Source of the DNA: an uncultured Mediterraneibacter sp.
Lineage (GTDB): Bacteria > Bacillota > Clostridia > Lachnospirales > Lachnospiraceae
Reading direction: 5' to 3'
NCBI GenBank assembly: GCA_944383695.1
Contig: CALWQP010000017.1
Span: forward strand, 1-60,824
DNA: 60,824 bases
Translations under genes and position numbers: made by a program
In this document: positions 26,512 through 36,172 of the stretch, one piece after another
How the letters are laid out: each line of letters opens with the position of its first letter
How positions within the stretch are numbered: the first letter of the stretch is position 1
The notes under the pieces: generated by a model
Told to the model about the DNA's origin: nothing
The model's database searches: none
The model's input: the letters and a program-made list of their open reading frames with translations, nothing else

Positions 26512-27164
26512 AGAAAACCTCCTTTTATTATGGTCCGGTTTTTCTCTACATTCACCCTGCCGTTTGCGATCAGGTCGATCGCGCGGGGCAGAATCTTCCA
26601 TTCCGCCTGCTCCATCACTCTTCTCTGAAGCTTCTCCGGCGTGTCCCCCTGCTCTACTTCCACGGCTTTCTGCAGGATGATCGGACCGGTATCTGTACCT
26701 TCATCCACGAAATGCACAGTCGCGCCGGCTACCTTTACCCCACGCTCCAGCGCCGCCTCATGGACCTTCAGCCCATAGTAGCCTTTCCCGCAGAAAGAAG
26801 GGATCAGGGATGGGTGGATATTGATCATACGGTTTCGATATTCCGCGATCATGGCCGGCGGGATTACCACCAGAAACCCGGCCAGCACGACCAGATCCGG
26901 CTCATACTCTCTTACTGCCTGGAGAAGCTTTTCGTTAAATATCTCACGGGAATCATAGTCTTTCGGAGAGATACACCTTGCCCGGATTCCGTTTTCTTCA
27001 GCCCGAGTCAGCGCATAAGCATTTTTATTATTGCTGATCACTCCCACAATCTCCGTATTGGTGATATTTCCGTCGTTCACGCAGTCAATGATCGCCTGGA
27101 GGTTCGTACCTCCGCCGGATACCAGGACAACGACACGGCATGGACCTGAGCCTGTCTTTAACAT
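26508..27164 (-). CDS. purN: Phosphoribosylglycinamide formyltransferase.
   Basis: VVLVSGGGTNLQAIID and NIHPSLIPSFCGKGYYG...HEA...GATVHFVDEGTDTGPII motifs. Confidence 0.9.
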   Translation of the reverse strand: MLKTGSGPCRVVVLVSGGGTNLQAIIDCVNDGNITNTEIVGVISNNKNAYALTRAEENGIRARCISPKDYDSREIFNEKLLQAVREYEPDLVVLAGFLVVIPPAMIAEYRNRMINIHPSLIPSFCGKGYYGLKVHEAALERGVKVAGATVHFVDEGTDTGPIILQKAVEVEQGDTPEKLQRRVMEQAEWKILPRAIDLIANGRVNVEKNRTIIKGGFL

Positions 27165-28183
27165 AAGTCTACTCCTTTTTCTCCTGCCACGATGCTGCCG
27201 ACAACATAGGGTTCTTCCCCTGCCGCGCGGATTGCTTCCATTGTCCGCTCCACATCTGCTTCATCCACCGCAAGCACCATGCCCAGTCCCATATTGAAGG
27301 TATTGTACATCATATGCTCTTCCACATCGCCGTCCACGGAAAGCATGTGAAAGACCGGAGGAATCGGATAGCTGTCTTTTTTGATCACGGCCCTTGTCCC
27401 ATCTTTCAGCATACGCGGCACATTTTCGTAGAAGCCGCCGCCTGTAATGTGGCTGCACGCCTTTACGGTCACTCCGGCGTCCTTGATGCTCTTCAGCGCT
27501 TTCACATAAATCTTAGTCGGAGCAAGAAGCGCTTCCCCAAGCGTACACCCCAGACTGTCGTAGTATGTATCCAGGGCTTCCCTTTTCATATTGAATACTT
27601 TTCTCACAAGAGAGAATCCATTACTGTGCACGCCTGAAGACGCCATGCCGATCAGAACATCGCCGGGCTTCAAATTTTGACCTGTGATCATGTCCTTTTT
27701 GTCGCACACACCCACCGCGAAACCTGCCAGATCATATTCATCCTCTGCCATGAGTCCCGGATGCTCCGCTGTCTCCCCTCCGATCAGCGCCGCCCCGGAC
27801 TGGAGACATCCTTCTGCCACGCCTTTTACGATATCAGCGATCTTTTCCGGCTCATTCTTCCCGCACGCAATATAATCAAGGAAGAAGAGAGGCTCTCCGC
27901 CGGCACACGCAATATCATTTACACACATTGCCACCGCATCGATGCCGATCGTGTCATGCCTGTCCAGGATCATCGCCAGCTTGACCTTGGTCCCGCATCC
28001 GTCTGTTCCGGAAAGGAGCACCGGTTCATCCATTTCCTTGATCTTCGCAAGGGAGAACGCGCCTGAAAATCCGCCCAGTCCGCCCAGGACCTCCTCGCGC
28101 ATAGTCTTCTTCACATGCTCCTTCATCAGCTCAACCGATCTGTAGCCAGCCTCAATATCAACTCCTGCGTTTTTATAATCCAT
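27158..28183 (-). CDS. purM: Phosphoribosylformylglycinamidine cyclo-ligase (AIR synthetase).
   Basis: MDYKNAGVDIEAGY..., AIRS N-terminal and C-terminal domains. Confidence 0.95.
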   Translation of the reverse strand: MDYKNAGVDIEAGYRSVELMKEHVKKTMREEVLGGLGGFSGAFSLAKIKEMDEPVLLSGTDGCGTKVKLAMILDRHDTIGIDAVAMCVNDIACAGGEPLFFLDYIACGKNEPEKIADIVKGVAEGCLQSGAALIGGETAEHPGLMAEDEYDLAGFAVGVCDKKDMITGQNLKPGDVLIGMASSGVHSNGFSLVRKVFNMKREALDTYYDSLGCTLGEALLAPTKIYVKALKSIKDAGVTVKACSHITGGGFYENVPRMLKDGTRAVIKKDSYPIPPVFHMLSVDGDVEEHMMYNTFNMGLGMVLAVDEADVERTMEAIRAAGEEPYVVGSIVAGEKGVDLC

Positions 28184-28300
28184 AATCTGATCTCCTTATC
28201 ACGCCCGTCTTCTTGGCAGAGGGCAACTTTTATCAATACTGCCGATCCGGCAGACGGTCATTTCTCAACTCGTCCGTATCTCACAGACAGGGATTGATTC

Positions 28301-28810
28301 CTAGCTGTTCAGATATGCCTCATAACCGATCGCTTTTAATTTATCAGCTTTTGCCTGCACGGTATCTTTCATCTCTGCTGAATAGTCTTTCAGCTTCTGC
28401 AATACTTCAGCGTCAGAGGTTGCAAGAATCTTCGCCGCGAGGATCGCTGCGTTCATCCCTCCGTCGATCGCCACCGTAGCTACCGGGATTCCCGGCGGCA
28501 TCTGTACAATGGAGTAAAGCGCGTCCATTCCGTCCAGGTTCTTTCCTGACATGGGCACCCCGATGACCGGCATGGGGAAGAGCGCGGCACACATCCCGGG
28601 AAGATGAGCCGCCATGCCTGCTCCCGCGATGATCACCTTGATCCCCTTTCCTTCTGCTGCCTTTGCCCACTCAAAAAATGTATCCGGCATACGGTGCGCG
28701 GAGATGATGGTCATCTCATATTCGATCCCCAATTTCTCCAGCATAGATGCAGCCTTGCTCATCACCTTCAGGTCAGAGTCGCTGCCCATAACGATTCCTA
28801 CTTTTGGCAT
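28301..28810 (-). CDS. purE: 5-(carboxyamino)imidazole ribonucleotide mutase.
   Basis: VGIVMGSDSDL..., ...IAGAGMAAHLPGM..., about 169 aa. Confidence 0.95.
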   Translation of the reverse strand: MPKVGIVMGSDSDLKVMSKAASMLEKLGIEYEMTIISAHRMPDTFFEWAKAAEGKGIKVIIAGAGMAAHLPGMCAALFPMPVIGVPMSGKNLDGMDALYSIVQMPPGIPVATVAIDGGMNAAILAAKILATSDAEVLQKLKDYSAEMKDTVQAKADKLKAIGYEAYLNS

Positions 28811-28866
28811 TTCATTTCCTCCTTAGAATGTGTTTTCCAGCTTTCAATGCTCTTTGAAAAGTTCTT

Positions 28867-31014
28867 TCACTGTTCCAGTTCCCTCAATGGTTCATTTAGG
28901 AGCTCTGTTCCCGGAAGTACGAATTTTCCGTCTTTTATTAGTATAATGTGTTTACCGCCGTTTGTCACTACACTTATTTCTTCTAACTCTTCATAAGGCA
29001 CGGTTATATCTGTATGGCAGTTGAAATATGCTTTTGACACATCTTCCTTCCTCCTCAGGGAGATGGAGTTGTCCTTTGCCACAATTTCCTTGCCGCACGG
29101 ATTGTATACCCGTATCTCCTCGCTCCATGAGTAGCATGTATCTCCCACAGCAAAATGGGGACCTGTCTTTTCGGCGATCAGGATGGGCATCTTATTCTCT
29201 ATGCCGTATTTTTTTGCTGCGACATATGCCGTCGTGTTCGTGCCGATGGCGAACTCACCGAGGGGAAGCGTCTCATGATTTTTCAGAACATTGTCGTAAA
29301 TATACCTGCGGCCCTGCTCCTCATCCTGAAAATTTCCACACCTGTAATCTGTGATCATGCCGTCCTTAAAGGTCAGTTCCAGATCGTTATATTCCAATCC
29401 GTTCAGATAAACCCTGCTCACGTGCAGCACTCCGTTGGTCCCTTCCAGCACCGGAGAGGTAAACACCTCGCCCACAGGGATATTTACGTCTGCCACGCAG
29501 TTTTCAAACTTCGTCTCTTTCGCCGGGTCTTTCAGCGCATGGAGATGGATGCAGATGTCCGTACGATTTCCTCCCCTGCCTGTCACATGGACATATTCGC
29601 CCTGGTCAAGAGCGTCGATCATCGTCTGCTGTACCTTCTCATACACCTTTGCGTCCAGCGTATTAATCTTGATCACTTCGTCAAATATCTTCGGATATTT
29701 TTCACCGATCTCCGGTATGGGATACGCCACGATCGTGAAGCTCCGCTCCTCTCCCTTGATATATTCATTCGTCAGCTGACCGGAGCGGCTGTCATACTGG
29801 AGCGCCAGCTCCCGCTGCTCATCGGTATAGGACGGAGCTTCAGATACTGCCTTCGGAGAGAAGGGTTTTTCCCCGAACGTCTCCATTACGGCAGGACCCG
29901 CGAACTGCGCCGCGAGCTCTCTGTGCTGCTCATACACCGTTCTCATGACTTCCAGCCTGCGCTCTATATACCGTTTATCCATGAAAAGCGCCTGGTCCTG
30001 GCGATGGTCATACTCATACTGCCAGTTTGCGACCGCGCCGCAGAATCCGATCTTGTGGTGCTCCCTCTTTGTGACCACTCCGGAAGCCGCCCGGTAAATG
30101 ACCGGCTTTAAGCCCATCTCGCGGAAATTGTCAATGGCAATGCGGACGACCTTTTCAAATCCCAGAGTGTACCGGATGTTCACCACCGATTTTTTTGACA
30201 GATCCTTCCCTGTGTTGATGAAACCGATGCGGTAACCTTCCGTGTACACATCCGCCATCTTCCGGATCGTCTCCTCTGGCAGGGTACGCAGATGCCTCGC
30301 AGTCCCCAGCTCATTTTCTGTGATGTATTCCCCGAACCGGTACAGATAGCGGTCATTTTCCAGATCCGCATGTTCAATGATATCCACTGCAAATGAACAG
30401 TCCGGGTCGATCTGTTCCATGATCCGGTCCGCGAGAAACACGTCGCAGTAATCGCTGGCATACCAGTAAATGATATCACGGATTTCCTTCACCTGGGGAA
30501 CGCCGCCTTTTTTATCTTCCCGGCTTCCCTCCCTGCTGCCGGCCGCCGTTTTCACACATTCTTCTTCCGCACGCTCAAAACAGTTGTATACCTCGATAAA
30601 AAGCTCATACAAGATCGTCAGATAATCCATCCTGTCCTCGAAACCATAAGGGATACCTGACCGCATTTCCGCATAGAGCAGACATAAGAGCCTGCCCATA
30701 TCCAGTCCCAGCTTTTCAGCCGCAAACGTGGGATTGGCATAACTCTTCTCATAGCGTTCCCCGATAATGTCGCTGTACAGGATTTCATTCAGGCTGTGCA
30801 TTTCCTCCAGGCTGTATCTCTCCCACTCTCCAGAAGAGACTTTGCGCCTCACATTTTCTACTTCCAGGAGAAAGAGCGCTACATCCTGAAAATAATTTAC
30901 ATATGGGACGGATACCGTCTCCTCGGAAACGATCCCCCGCAGTCGTCCCACCGCAAGCACATGCCTCTCCTTGTACTGCTCGTTTCTTTCTTTTTGTATT
31001 TCTTTTCTGTCCAT
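28867..31014 (-). CDS. M29-family (AmpS/PepS-type) aminopeptidase with an N-terminal extension of roughly 300 aa.
   Basis: The C-terminal ~410 aa resembles aminopeptidase T/S (...HVTGRGGNRTDICIH..., ...GEFAIGTN..., ...HFAVGDTCYS...). The N-terminal ~300 aa has no recognised family. Confidence 0.65.
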   Translation of the reverse strand: MDRKEIQKERNEQYKERHVLAVGRLRGIVSEETVSVPYVNYFQDVALFLLEVENVRRKVSSGEWERYSLEEMHSLNEILYSDIIGERYEKSYANPTFAAEKLGLDMGRLLCLLYAEMRSGIPYGFEDRMDYLTILYELFIEVYNCFERAEEECVKTAAGSREGSREDKKGGVPQVKEIRDIIYWYASDYCDVFLADRIMEQIDPDCSFAVDIIEHADLENDRYLYRFGEYITENELGTARHLRTLPEETIRKMADVYTEGYRIGFINTGKDLSKKSVVNIRYTLGFEKVVRIAIDNFREMGLKPVIYRAASGVVTKREHHKIGFCGAVANWQYEYDHRQDQALFMDKRYIERRLEVMRTVYEQHRELAAQFAGPAVMETFGEKPFSPKAVSEAPSYTDEQRELALQYDSRSGQLTNEYIKGEERSFTIVAYPIPEIGEKYPKIFDEVIKINTLDAKVYEKVQQTMIDALDQGEYVHVTGRGGNRTDICIHLHALKDPAKETKFENCVADVNIPVGEVFTSPVLEGTNGVLHVSRVYLNGLEYNDLELTFKDGMITDYRCGNFQDEEQGRRYIYDNVLKNHETLPLGEFAIGTNTTAYVAAKKYGIENKMPILIAEKTGPHFAVGDTCYSWSEEIRVYNPCGKEIVAKDNSISLRRKEDVSKAYFNCHTDITVPYEELEEISVVTNGGKHIILIKDGKFVLPGTELLNEPLRELEQ

Positions 31015-31389
31015 TTAGCTCAAGCCTCCTATAAATATCGCAAGAAAAAGGATCAGAGCCACCGCATTTACCGGAAGGCCGATCTTGCACGTCAGATAAT
31101 TGCGCTCCCGCTCGTGGAATCCCTGTATCGCGCAGCGGATGCCCCATACTGATAAAAGAAATGAAATAATAACGATCCCGCCTACGATTCCTGCTGCTTC
31201 CCCTCTTGCGGCAAACGCATACAGCACGCATCCCATGAGGATCAGAAGCGCCCCTGCCCCGCTTATACAAGATAATGTCCCTTTTCGGGACTGCTTAAAT
31301 TTGGCTCTGCCATACTTTCTTGCGCCCCTCTGTTTTCTCTCTTTTTCCTTCTGGCGCTGTTCAGCGCTTTTTTCCATTCCGAACATCAT
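31015..31389 (-). CDS. Hypothetical small membrane protein (basic N-terminus, 2-3 TM).
   Basis: 124-aa ORF directly abutting the aminopeptidase start. Confidence 0.45.
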   Translation of the reverse strand: MMFGMEKSAEQRQKEKERKQRGARKYGRAKFKQSRKGTLSCISGAGALLILMGCVLYAFAARGEAAGIVGGIVIISFLLSVWGIRCAIQGFHERERNYLTCKIGLPVNAVALILFLAIFIGGLS

Positions 31390-31837
31390 GTTTTCTCCTC
31401 ACCCCATTGCATATCAAAAAGATGATATATCCGCTCACGCCCCCGATCGTGTTCAGAAGGATATCATCCACGTCAAAGCTTCCCACTCTTGTAAAAAGCT
31501 GTGTAACCTCAACGCACAGACTCAGCCCCATGCTGAAAAACAAGGTCTTAAAAAAGCCTCTTGACCGGCTTGCCATGGAAATAAAAAATCCATACGGCAC
31601 AAAAATCACTATATTCCCCGCGAGATTCGTGAGCACCGCAAAGGTCCCCAGCTGCTCCCTGTAAGTAATAAAGCGTTTTATCTCCCTGAACAATTCCAGA
31701 TTGTACCGGTATTCTTCCGAAACCCCTGTCCTGCCATACCACTCGGCAAGGAACAGAAAATAAATCAAAAATATAACATATAACAAAAACAGGACCTTTC
31801 CCATTGTCCTGAATATTTTCTTTTTCCTTACACTCAA
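31361..31837 (-). CDS. VanZ-family membrane protein.
   Basis: NLELFREIKRF..., GNIVIFVPYGFF, SFDVDDILLNTIGGVSGY are VanZ-like motifs. Confidence 0.8.
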   Translation of the reverse strand: MSVRKKKIFRTMGKVLFLLYVIFLIYFLFLAEWYGRTGVSEEYRYNLELFREIKRFITYREQLGTFAVLTNLAGNIVIFVPYGFFISMASRSRGFFKTLFFSMGLSLCVEVTQLFTRVGSFDVDDILLNTIGGVSGYIIFLICNGVRRKHDVRNGKKR

Positions 31838-31979
31838 AGTATTACCTCTTTATAAATGATCAGACGATTCTCTTCAGGGGGGCAGTCCCCTTTCAGCTAA
31901 GTCATCTGAATATTCAACCAATGAGGGACAGACCTGTCTCTGATCTGTCCCCCATAACAGACTGGCGGATATCCGGCAG

Positions 31980-32129
31980 TCAAAATGTAATCTCTCTCTT
32001 ATGTTTCAGCAGGTTCGCGCCGCTCACAATGGAAAGCACTCCCACCGTGATCCCCACGACCAGAACGATGATCCCTAAAGCGATGTTGCCTGCGCCGCTG
32101 TTCTTCATTGTAAGATATGCTTTTTCCAT
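31980..32129 (-). CDS. 49-aa single-TM peptide immediately downstream of pyrE, with its own strong RBS. It is absent from the ORF track because it is under 60 aa.
   Basis: MEKAYLTMKNSGAGNIALGIIVLVVGITVGVLSIVSGANLLKHKREITF. The RBS AAGGAGG is 8 nt before the ATG and overlaps the pyrE stop. Confidence 0.5.
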   Translation of the reverse strand: MEKAYLTMKNSGAGNIALGIIVLVVGITVGVLSIVSGANLLKHKREITF

Positions 32130-32142
32130 AAAATGCGCCTCC

Positions 32143-32823
32143 TTATTTTACTCCATATGTTTCATAGTATGTATCGATCGCTGCTTTTAATGTATCATCA
32201 ATGATAACTTTGCCTTTGTATTCTTTATTGTACAGGCACTCCACGACCTCTTCCATAGTGACGATCGCCGCCGTGTCAAATCCGTACAAGTCTTTCACTT
32301 CATCAAGCGCGCATTTCTCGCCGCCTTTCCCGACTTCCATACGGTTTAAAGATACCATAAGCCCCACGATCTCCACATCCGCCGCGCCTTTTACCTTGGG
32401 CACTGTCTCTTCCATGGACTTCCCGGATGTAGTCACATCCTCGATCATGATGACCCTGTCTCCGTCTTTTAATGGGCTTCCGAGAAAGCTGCCCTTGTCT
32501 GCACCGTGATCTTTCTCTTCTTTGCGGTCAGAACAGTAGCGTACCTCTTTTCCGTATAACTCGCTGTACGCAATGGCTGTCACAACCCCCAGCGGTATTC
32601 CTTTGTAAGCCGGTCCGAACAAAACATCAAAGTCATCCCCATATGTATTATGAATCGCTTTCGCATAATACTCTCCAAGCTTTTTTAACTGAGAGCCTGT
32701 CACATAGCCTCCCGCGTTCATGAAGAATGGAGATTTACGTCCGCTCTTTAAAGTAAACTCTCCGAATTTGAGCACATTACTGTCTACCATAAACTCGATA
32801 AATTCTTTCTTATATTGCTCCAT
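32143..32823 (-). CDS. pyrE: Orotate phosphoribosyltransferase.
   Basis: FKFGEFTLKSGRKSPFF... and the PRPP-binding VIMIEDVTTSGKS. The start at MEQYKKEF has the RBS GGAGG. Confidence 0.9.
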   Translation of the reverse strand: MEQYKKEFIEFMVDSNVLKFGEFTLKSGRKSPFFMNAGGYVTGSQLKKLGEYYAKAIHNTYGDDFDVLFGPAYKGIPLGVVTAIAYSELYGKEVRYCSDRKEEKDHGADKGSFLGSPLKDGDRVIMIEDVTTSGKSMEETVPKVKGAADVEIVGLMVSLNRMEVGKGGEKCALDEVKDLYGFDTAAIVTMEEVVECLYNKEYKGKVIIDDTLKAAIDTYYETYGVK

Positions 32824-32916
32824 ACGCAACCTCCTGCTGCTTGATTTTCGTCTCAATTTTACCATAACTCATACACATTTTCAATTGAGTAATCTCCTCG
32901 GCGCGGGTAGTCCGGC

Positions 32917-33345
32917 TCACATCCCTGCCTCATCCGCCTGCACTGCTTTTTTCAGCGATATGAACAGCAGGATGAAAGACACAAACAATAAAATGTGCGA
33001 TATCCCTGCAATCCCTGAAATTGCGGCGTCCCAGCTTCCGATGCCCCTGACATCCAATACCTGCACGATCCCCCTGACCAGAAGCATGATCACCATGAGA
33101 GGCAGGGCAATATTATGTAAAACCAGAAAGCGCTTAAACTGTCTGGTTACCTGTATGTCCATCACTTTGCAGGCCAGGGTTAGAAACAGGAATAAAAACG
33201 TTCCCAGCACAAGGAGATGAGTATGGAGCACGCTCAATGCCGTAGTGCCTGTATAGCTATGAAATTTTGTGAACTCTCTATAGAAAACACCACCCACCAT
33301 AGCAAATATGAAATATACCAAAGCAATATTCACCATCTTTTTCAT
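32917..33345 (-). CDS. DUF2871-family integral membrane protein inserted between pyrD and pyrE.
   Basis: MKKMVNIALVYFIFAMVGGVFYREFTKF... matches the DUF2871 N-terminus; four TM segments. Confidence 0.6.
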   Translation of the reverse strand: MKKMVNIALVYFIFAMVGGVFYREFTKFHSYTGTTALSVLHTHLLVLGTFLFLFLTLACKVMDIQVTRQFKRFLVLHNIALPLMVIMLLVRGIVQVLDVRGIGSWDAAISGIAGISHILLFVSFILLFISLKKAVQADEAGM

Positions 33346-33352
33346 TTGTCTT

Positions 33353-34255
33353 TCACCTCACAATTCCCACCATATCAGACACCGTCTCAAATCCCTGCTC
33401 TTTCATATAGGCCTCTATTCCGTCCATGATCTCCATGGTCACTGTCGGATTATAGAAATTTGCCGTGCCTACGGACACAGCACTGGCCCCGGCAAGGATC
33501 ATCTCAATGGCGTCTTCAGCCGAGGCGATACCTCCCATGCCGATGACCGGGACTTTCACCGCGTTTGCCGCCTCATATACCATGCGCACTGCAATCGGAT
33601 GGATCGCAGGGCCGGATACGCCTCCGGTCCTATTGGCCAGCAGGAACGATTTCCTGTGAATGTCGATCTTCATCCCTGTGATCGTGTTGATAAGGGAAAC
33701 CGCATCTGCGCCTCCAGCTTCCACAGCCTTTGCCATCTCGGCAATGCTGGTCACGTTGGGACTTAATTTCATGATCACCGGCTGAGCTGCATATTTCCTG
33801 ACAGCTTTTGTTATCGTCTCGGCTGCTTTTGTATCCTGTCCGAAAGCGATGCCCCCCTCTTTCACATTGGGGCAGGAAATATTGATTTCCAGCATGTCCA
33901 CGTCTTCATCCGCCAGACGTTCAACGACTTCACAGTAATCCGCTTCGGATTTTCCACACACATTTACAATGATTTTTGTATCATACTGTCTGAGAAAAGG
34001 GATATCTCTCTCGCAGAACACATCGATCCCCGGATTCTGGAGCCCAACAGCGTTCATCATACCGCCGTAGGTTTCCGCCACTCTCGGCGTCGGATTTCCA
34101 GACCACGGCACATTGGCCACGCCTTTCGTAGTCACCGCCCCAAGCCGGTTCAGATCCACAAAATCCGCAAACTCCGCCCCGGACCCAAAAGTGCCTGATG
34201 CAACCGTCACCGGATTTTTCCACTCTACCCCTGCGATATTTACTCTCATATCCAT
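33353..34255 (-). CDS. pyrD: Dihydroorotate dehydrogenase, class 1B catalytic subunit.
   Basis: ...NPVTVASGTFG..., ...INISCPNV..., ...GMGGI.... The start at 34255 (TGATG coupling with pyrK) has the RBS GGAGGTGG. Confidence 0.9.
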   Translation of the reverse strand: MDMRVNIAGVEWKNPVTVASGTFGSGAEFADFVDLNRLGAVTTKGVANVPWSGNPTPRVAETYGGMMNAVGLQNPGIDVFCERDIPFLRQYDTKIIVNVCGKSEADYCEVVERLADEDVDMLEINISCPNVKEGGIAFGQDTKAAETITKAVRKYAAQPVIMKLSPNVTSIAEMAKAVEAGGADAVSLINTITGMKIDIHRKSFLLANRTGGVSGPAIHPIAVRMVYEAANAVKVPVIGMGGIASAEDAIEMILAGASAVSVGTANFYNPTVTMEIMDGIEAYMKEQGFETVSDMVGIVR

Positions 34256-35037
34256 CAGATTTCCACCTCCGTTGACAGAAATACCGGACCATCCTTGCAG
34301 ATCCTCTTGTTGTTGACATTGCTGTGGTGGTCTTTCTCCTTTGTCTGACAGACGCAGGCAAGACACGCGCCGATGCCGCATGCCATCCGCTCTTCCAGAG
34401 AAATGTAGCACTCGATATGGTTCGCCTCTGCATATTCTTTGATCGCCCGGAGCATGGGCGTGGGTCCGCACGCATAGATCACATCAGCAGCAAGCCCGTT
34501 CTCCTGGATCGCATCCATTACATTTCCTTTCGTCCCTGCACTTCCGTCCTCGGTGGAGATATAGACTTCCCCATTCTGCTCAAATTCGTCTTTCAGGAAT
34601 GTCTCTTCATTTCTGTATCCCATGATGATCTGCTTCTTTTCACAGTTCATCTGCTTTGCCAGTTCCAGTATGGGCGGAACCCCGATGCCCCCTCCCATGA
34701 GGAACGCGCGCTTTCCTTCTGCCCTCTCATACGGAAATCCATTTCCAAGCGGTCCGATGACCGGTATGATATCGCCGGCTTTCATCTGAGAAAATTGCTC
34801 CGTTCCCGTGTTCTTTCCTGTCACACGGTATACCACACGTAGACTTCCCCCAGCCTTATCAATCTCACAGATGCTGATCGGACGCGGAAGGAGCTTGCTC
34901 CCATCGTTCGTGTACATGGAAATAAACTGCCCCGGTTTCGCCTCTCCTGCTGCATCCGTTTTGATCCACATGCTGTAAATATCCTCTGCGATCTTCTCCT
35001 GGGAGAGTACGACCGCATTTTCCTTTTTCCTCGCCAT
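34255..35037 (-). CDS. pyrK: Dihydroorotate dehydrogenase electron-transfer subunit (FAD/NAD plus 2Fe-2S).
   Basis: FAD-binding beta-barrel and a C-terminal CGIGACLACVC cluster. RBS is AAGAGGAG. Confidence 0.9.
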   Translation of the reverse strand: MARKKENAVVLSQEKIAEDIYSMWIKTDAAGEAKPGQFISMYTNDGSKLLPRPISICEIDKAGGSLRVVYRVTGKNTGTEQFSQMKAGDIIPVIGPLGNGFPYERAEGKRAFLMGGGIGVPPILELAKQMNCEKKQIIMGYRNEETFLKDEFEQNGEVYISTEDGSAGTKGNVMDAIQENGLAADVIYACGPTPMLRAIKEYAEANHIECYISLEERMACGIGACLACVCQTKEKDHHSNVNNKRICKDGPVFLSTEVEI

Positions 35038-35059
35038 ATGTGCTCCTCTTACTATTGTC

Positions 35060-35992
35060 TTATTTTCCTGCAAGCGCGCCGCTGATATCTGCGATCATCG
35101 CCTCTACTGCCGCTCTCGACGCGTCTCCAAAGTTCTCTGCGCCGAATCGTGCATATGCCTCCTGCTTATATGCCGCAATGATCCCGCGGGAAGAATTCAC
35201 GATCGCCCCGAGTCCGTCCTCATTGAAGAAGTGTGCAAGGTCCTTGCCCTGTCCGCCCTGTGCTCCGTAGCCCGGCACAAGGATATAGGATTTCGGCATG
35301 ATCTTTCTGAGTATTTTACCCATCTCCGGATATGTTGCGCCGACCACTGCCCCGATATAGCTGTATTCATCACCCATGCAGTCCTCACCCCATTGAGCGA
35401 CCTTCTCGCCTACCAGCTCGTAGAGCGGACGCCCGTCAATAAGACGGTCCTGGAACTCACCGCTGGATGGATTGGATGTCTTTACAAGGATAAACAGACC
35501 CTTTTTCTCCTCTTTGCATACCTCGACAAAAGGCTTGACTCCGTCTGTTCCAAAATATGGGTTCACTGTTGCAAAATCCTCGTCAAACGGAACATATTCT
35601 TTGCTTCCTACCTTTACTCTGCCAAGATGCCCCACCGCATACGCCGCTGAAGTGGAACCGATATCTCCACGCTTGATATCTCCGATCACAACGAGATCTT
35701 TTGACTTACAGTAATCCACAGTCTTTTTGAACGCTTCAAGCCCCGGCACGCCGAACTGTTCGTACATTGCAATCTGCGGTTTCACGGCCGGGATCAAGTC
35801 ATATGTTTTATCCACGATCTCTTTATTGAACTGCCAGATCGCTTCCGCCGCTCCTTCCAAAGTCTCCCCGTACTCTGCAAAAGCTTTGTCCTGCACATGC
35901 TGCGGTATATAACTGAGCATCGGATCCAGTCCTACAACGATAGGCGCTCCTGTTTTCTTTATCTTCTCCACTAATTTGTTGATCATATCCAT
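35060..35992 (-). CDS. pyrF: Orotidine 5'-phosphate decarboxylase (type 2, about 310 aa).
   Basis: IVVGLDP..., ...VIGDIKRGDIGST... are ODCase motifs. Confidence 0.9.
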   Translation of the reverse strand: MDMINKLVEKIKKTGAPIVVGLDPMLSYIPQHVQDKAFAEYGETLEGAAEAIWQFNKEIVDKTYDLIPAVKPQIAMYEQFGVPGLEAFKKTVDYCKSKDLVVIGDIKRGDIGSTSAAYAVGHLGRVKVGSKEYVPFDEDFATVNPYFGTDGVKPFVEVCKEEKKGLFILVKTSNPSSGEFQDRLIDGRPLYELVGEKVAQWGEDCMGDEYSYIGAVVGATYPEMGKILRKIMPKSYILVPGYGAQGGQGKDLAHFFNEDGLGAIVNSSRGIIAAYKQEAYARFGAENFGDASRAAVEAMIADISGALAGK

Positions 35993-36095
35993 TTCCTCCG
36001 TTTACTGATAATTCAGACAATTCTGCCCAACGGGGCCTGACTCCTCTCACTATACCATAAGATTCCCGCATAGTAAAATAAAATCGGGAATCCGG

Positions 36096-36140
36096 CACAC
36101 CGCAAATCCCCGGAGAATATGATTCCTGCAGACAGGAGGC
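36096..36140 (-). terminator. Long imperfect hairpin (13-bp stem) after the DUF4234 gene; a possible terminator or leader structure upstream of pyrF.
   Basis: Minus strand reads CCCCGGAGATATGCCTCCTGTCTGCAGGAATCATATTCTCCGGGG. Confidence 0.4.
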
Positions 36141-36172
36141 ATATCTCCGGGGAAGTATTTGCTTTTATTTTG

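Noticed and set aside
25873-26628. 251-aa plus-strand ORF inside purD; the similar long antisense ORFs 29155-30111, 38997-39980, 44717-45556, 47578-48282 and 48907-49686; and the 255-aa minus-strand ORF 56679-57446 over eda.
   Set aside because: Each overlaps a strongly supported CDS on the other strand, and none has recognisable motifs.
28184-28300. Possible purine riboswitch between purE and purM.
   Set aside because: No three-way junction with the conserved U-rich loops could be drawn. Only short CTGCCG..CGGCAG hairpins are present.
35993-36172. Possible PyrR-binding attenuator upstream of pyrF (GAGAGGAGUC resembles the PyrR loop motif).
   Set aside because: The match to the UCCAGAGAGGCU consensus is poor, and pyrR and pyrB are not in this operon. 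Only generic hairpins and a TTTTAC-17-TATAGT promoter are supported.
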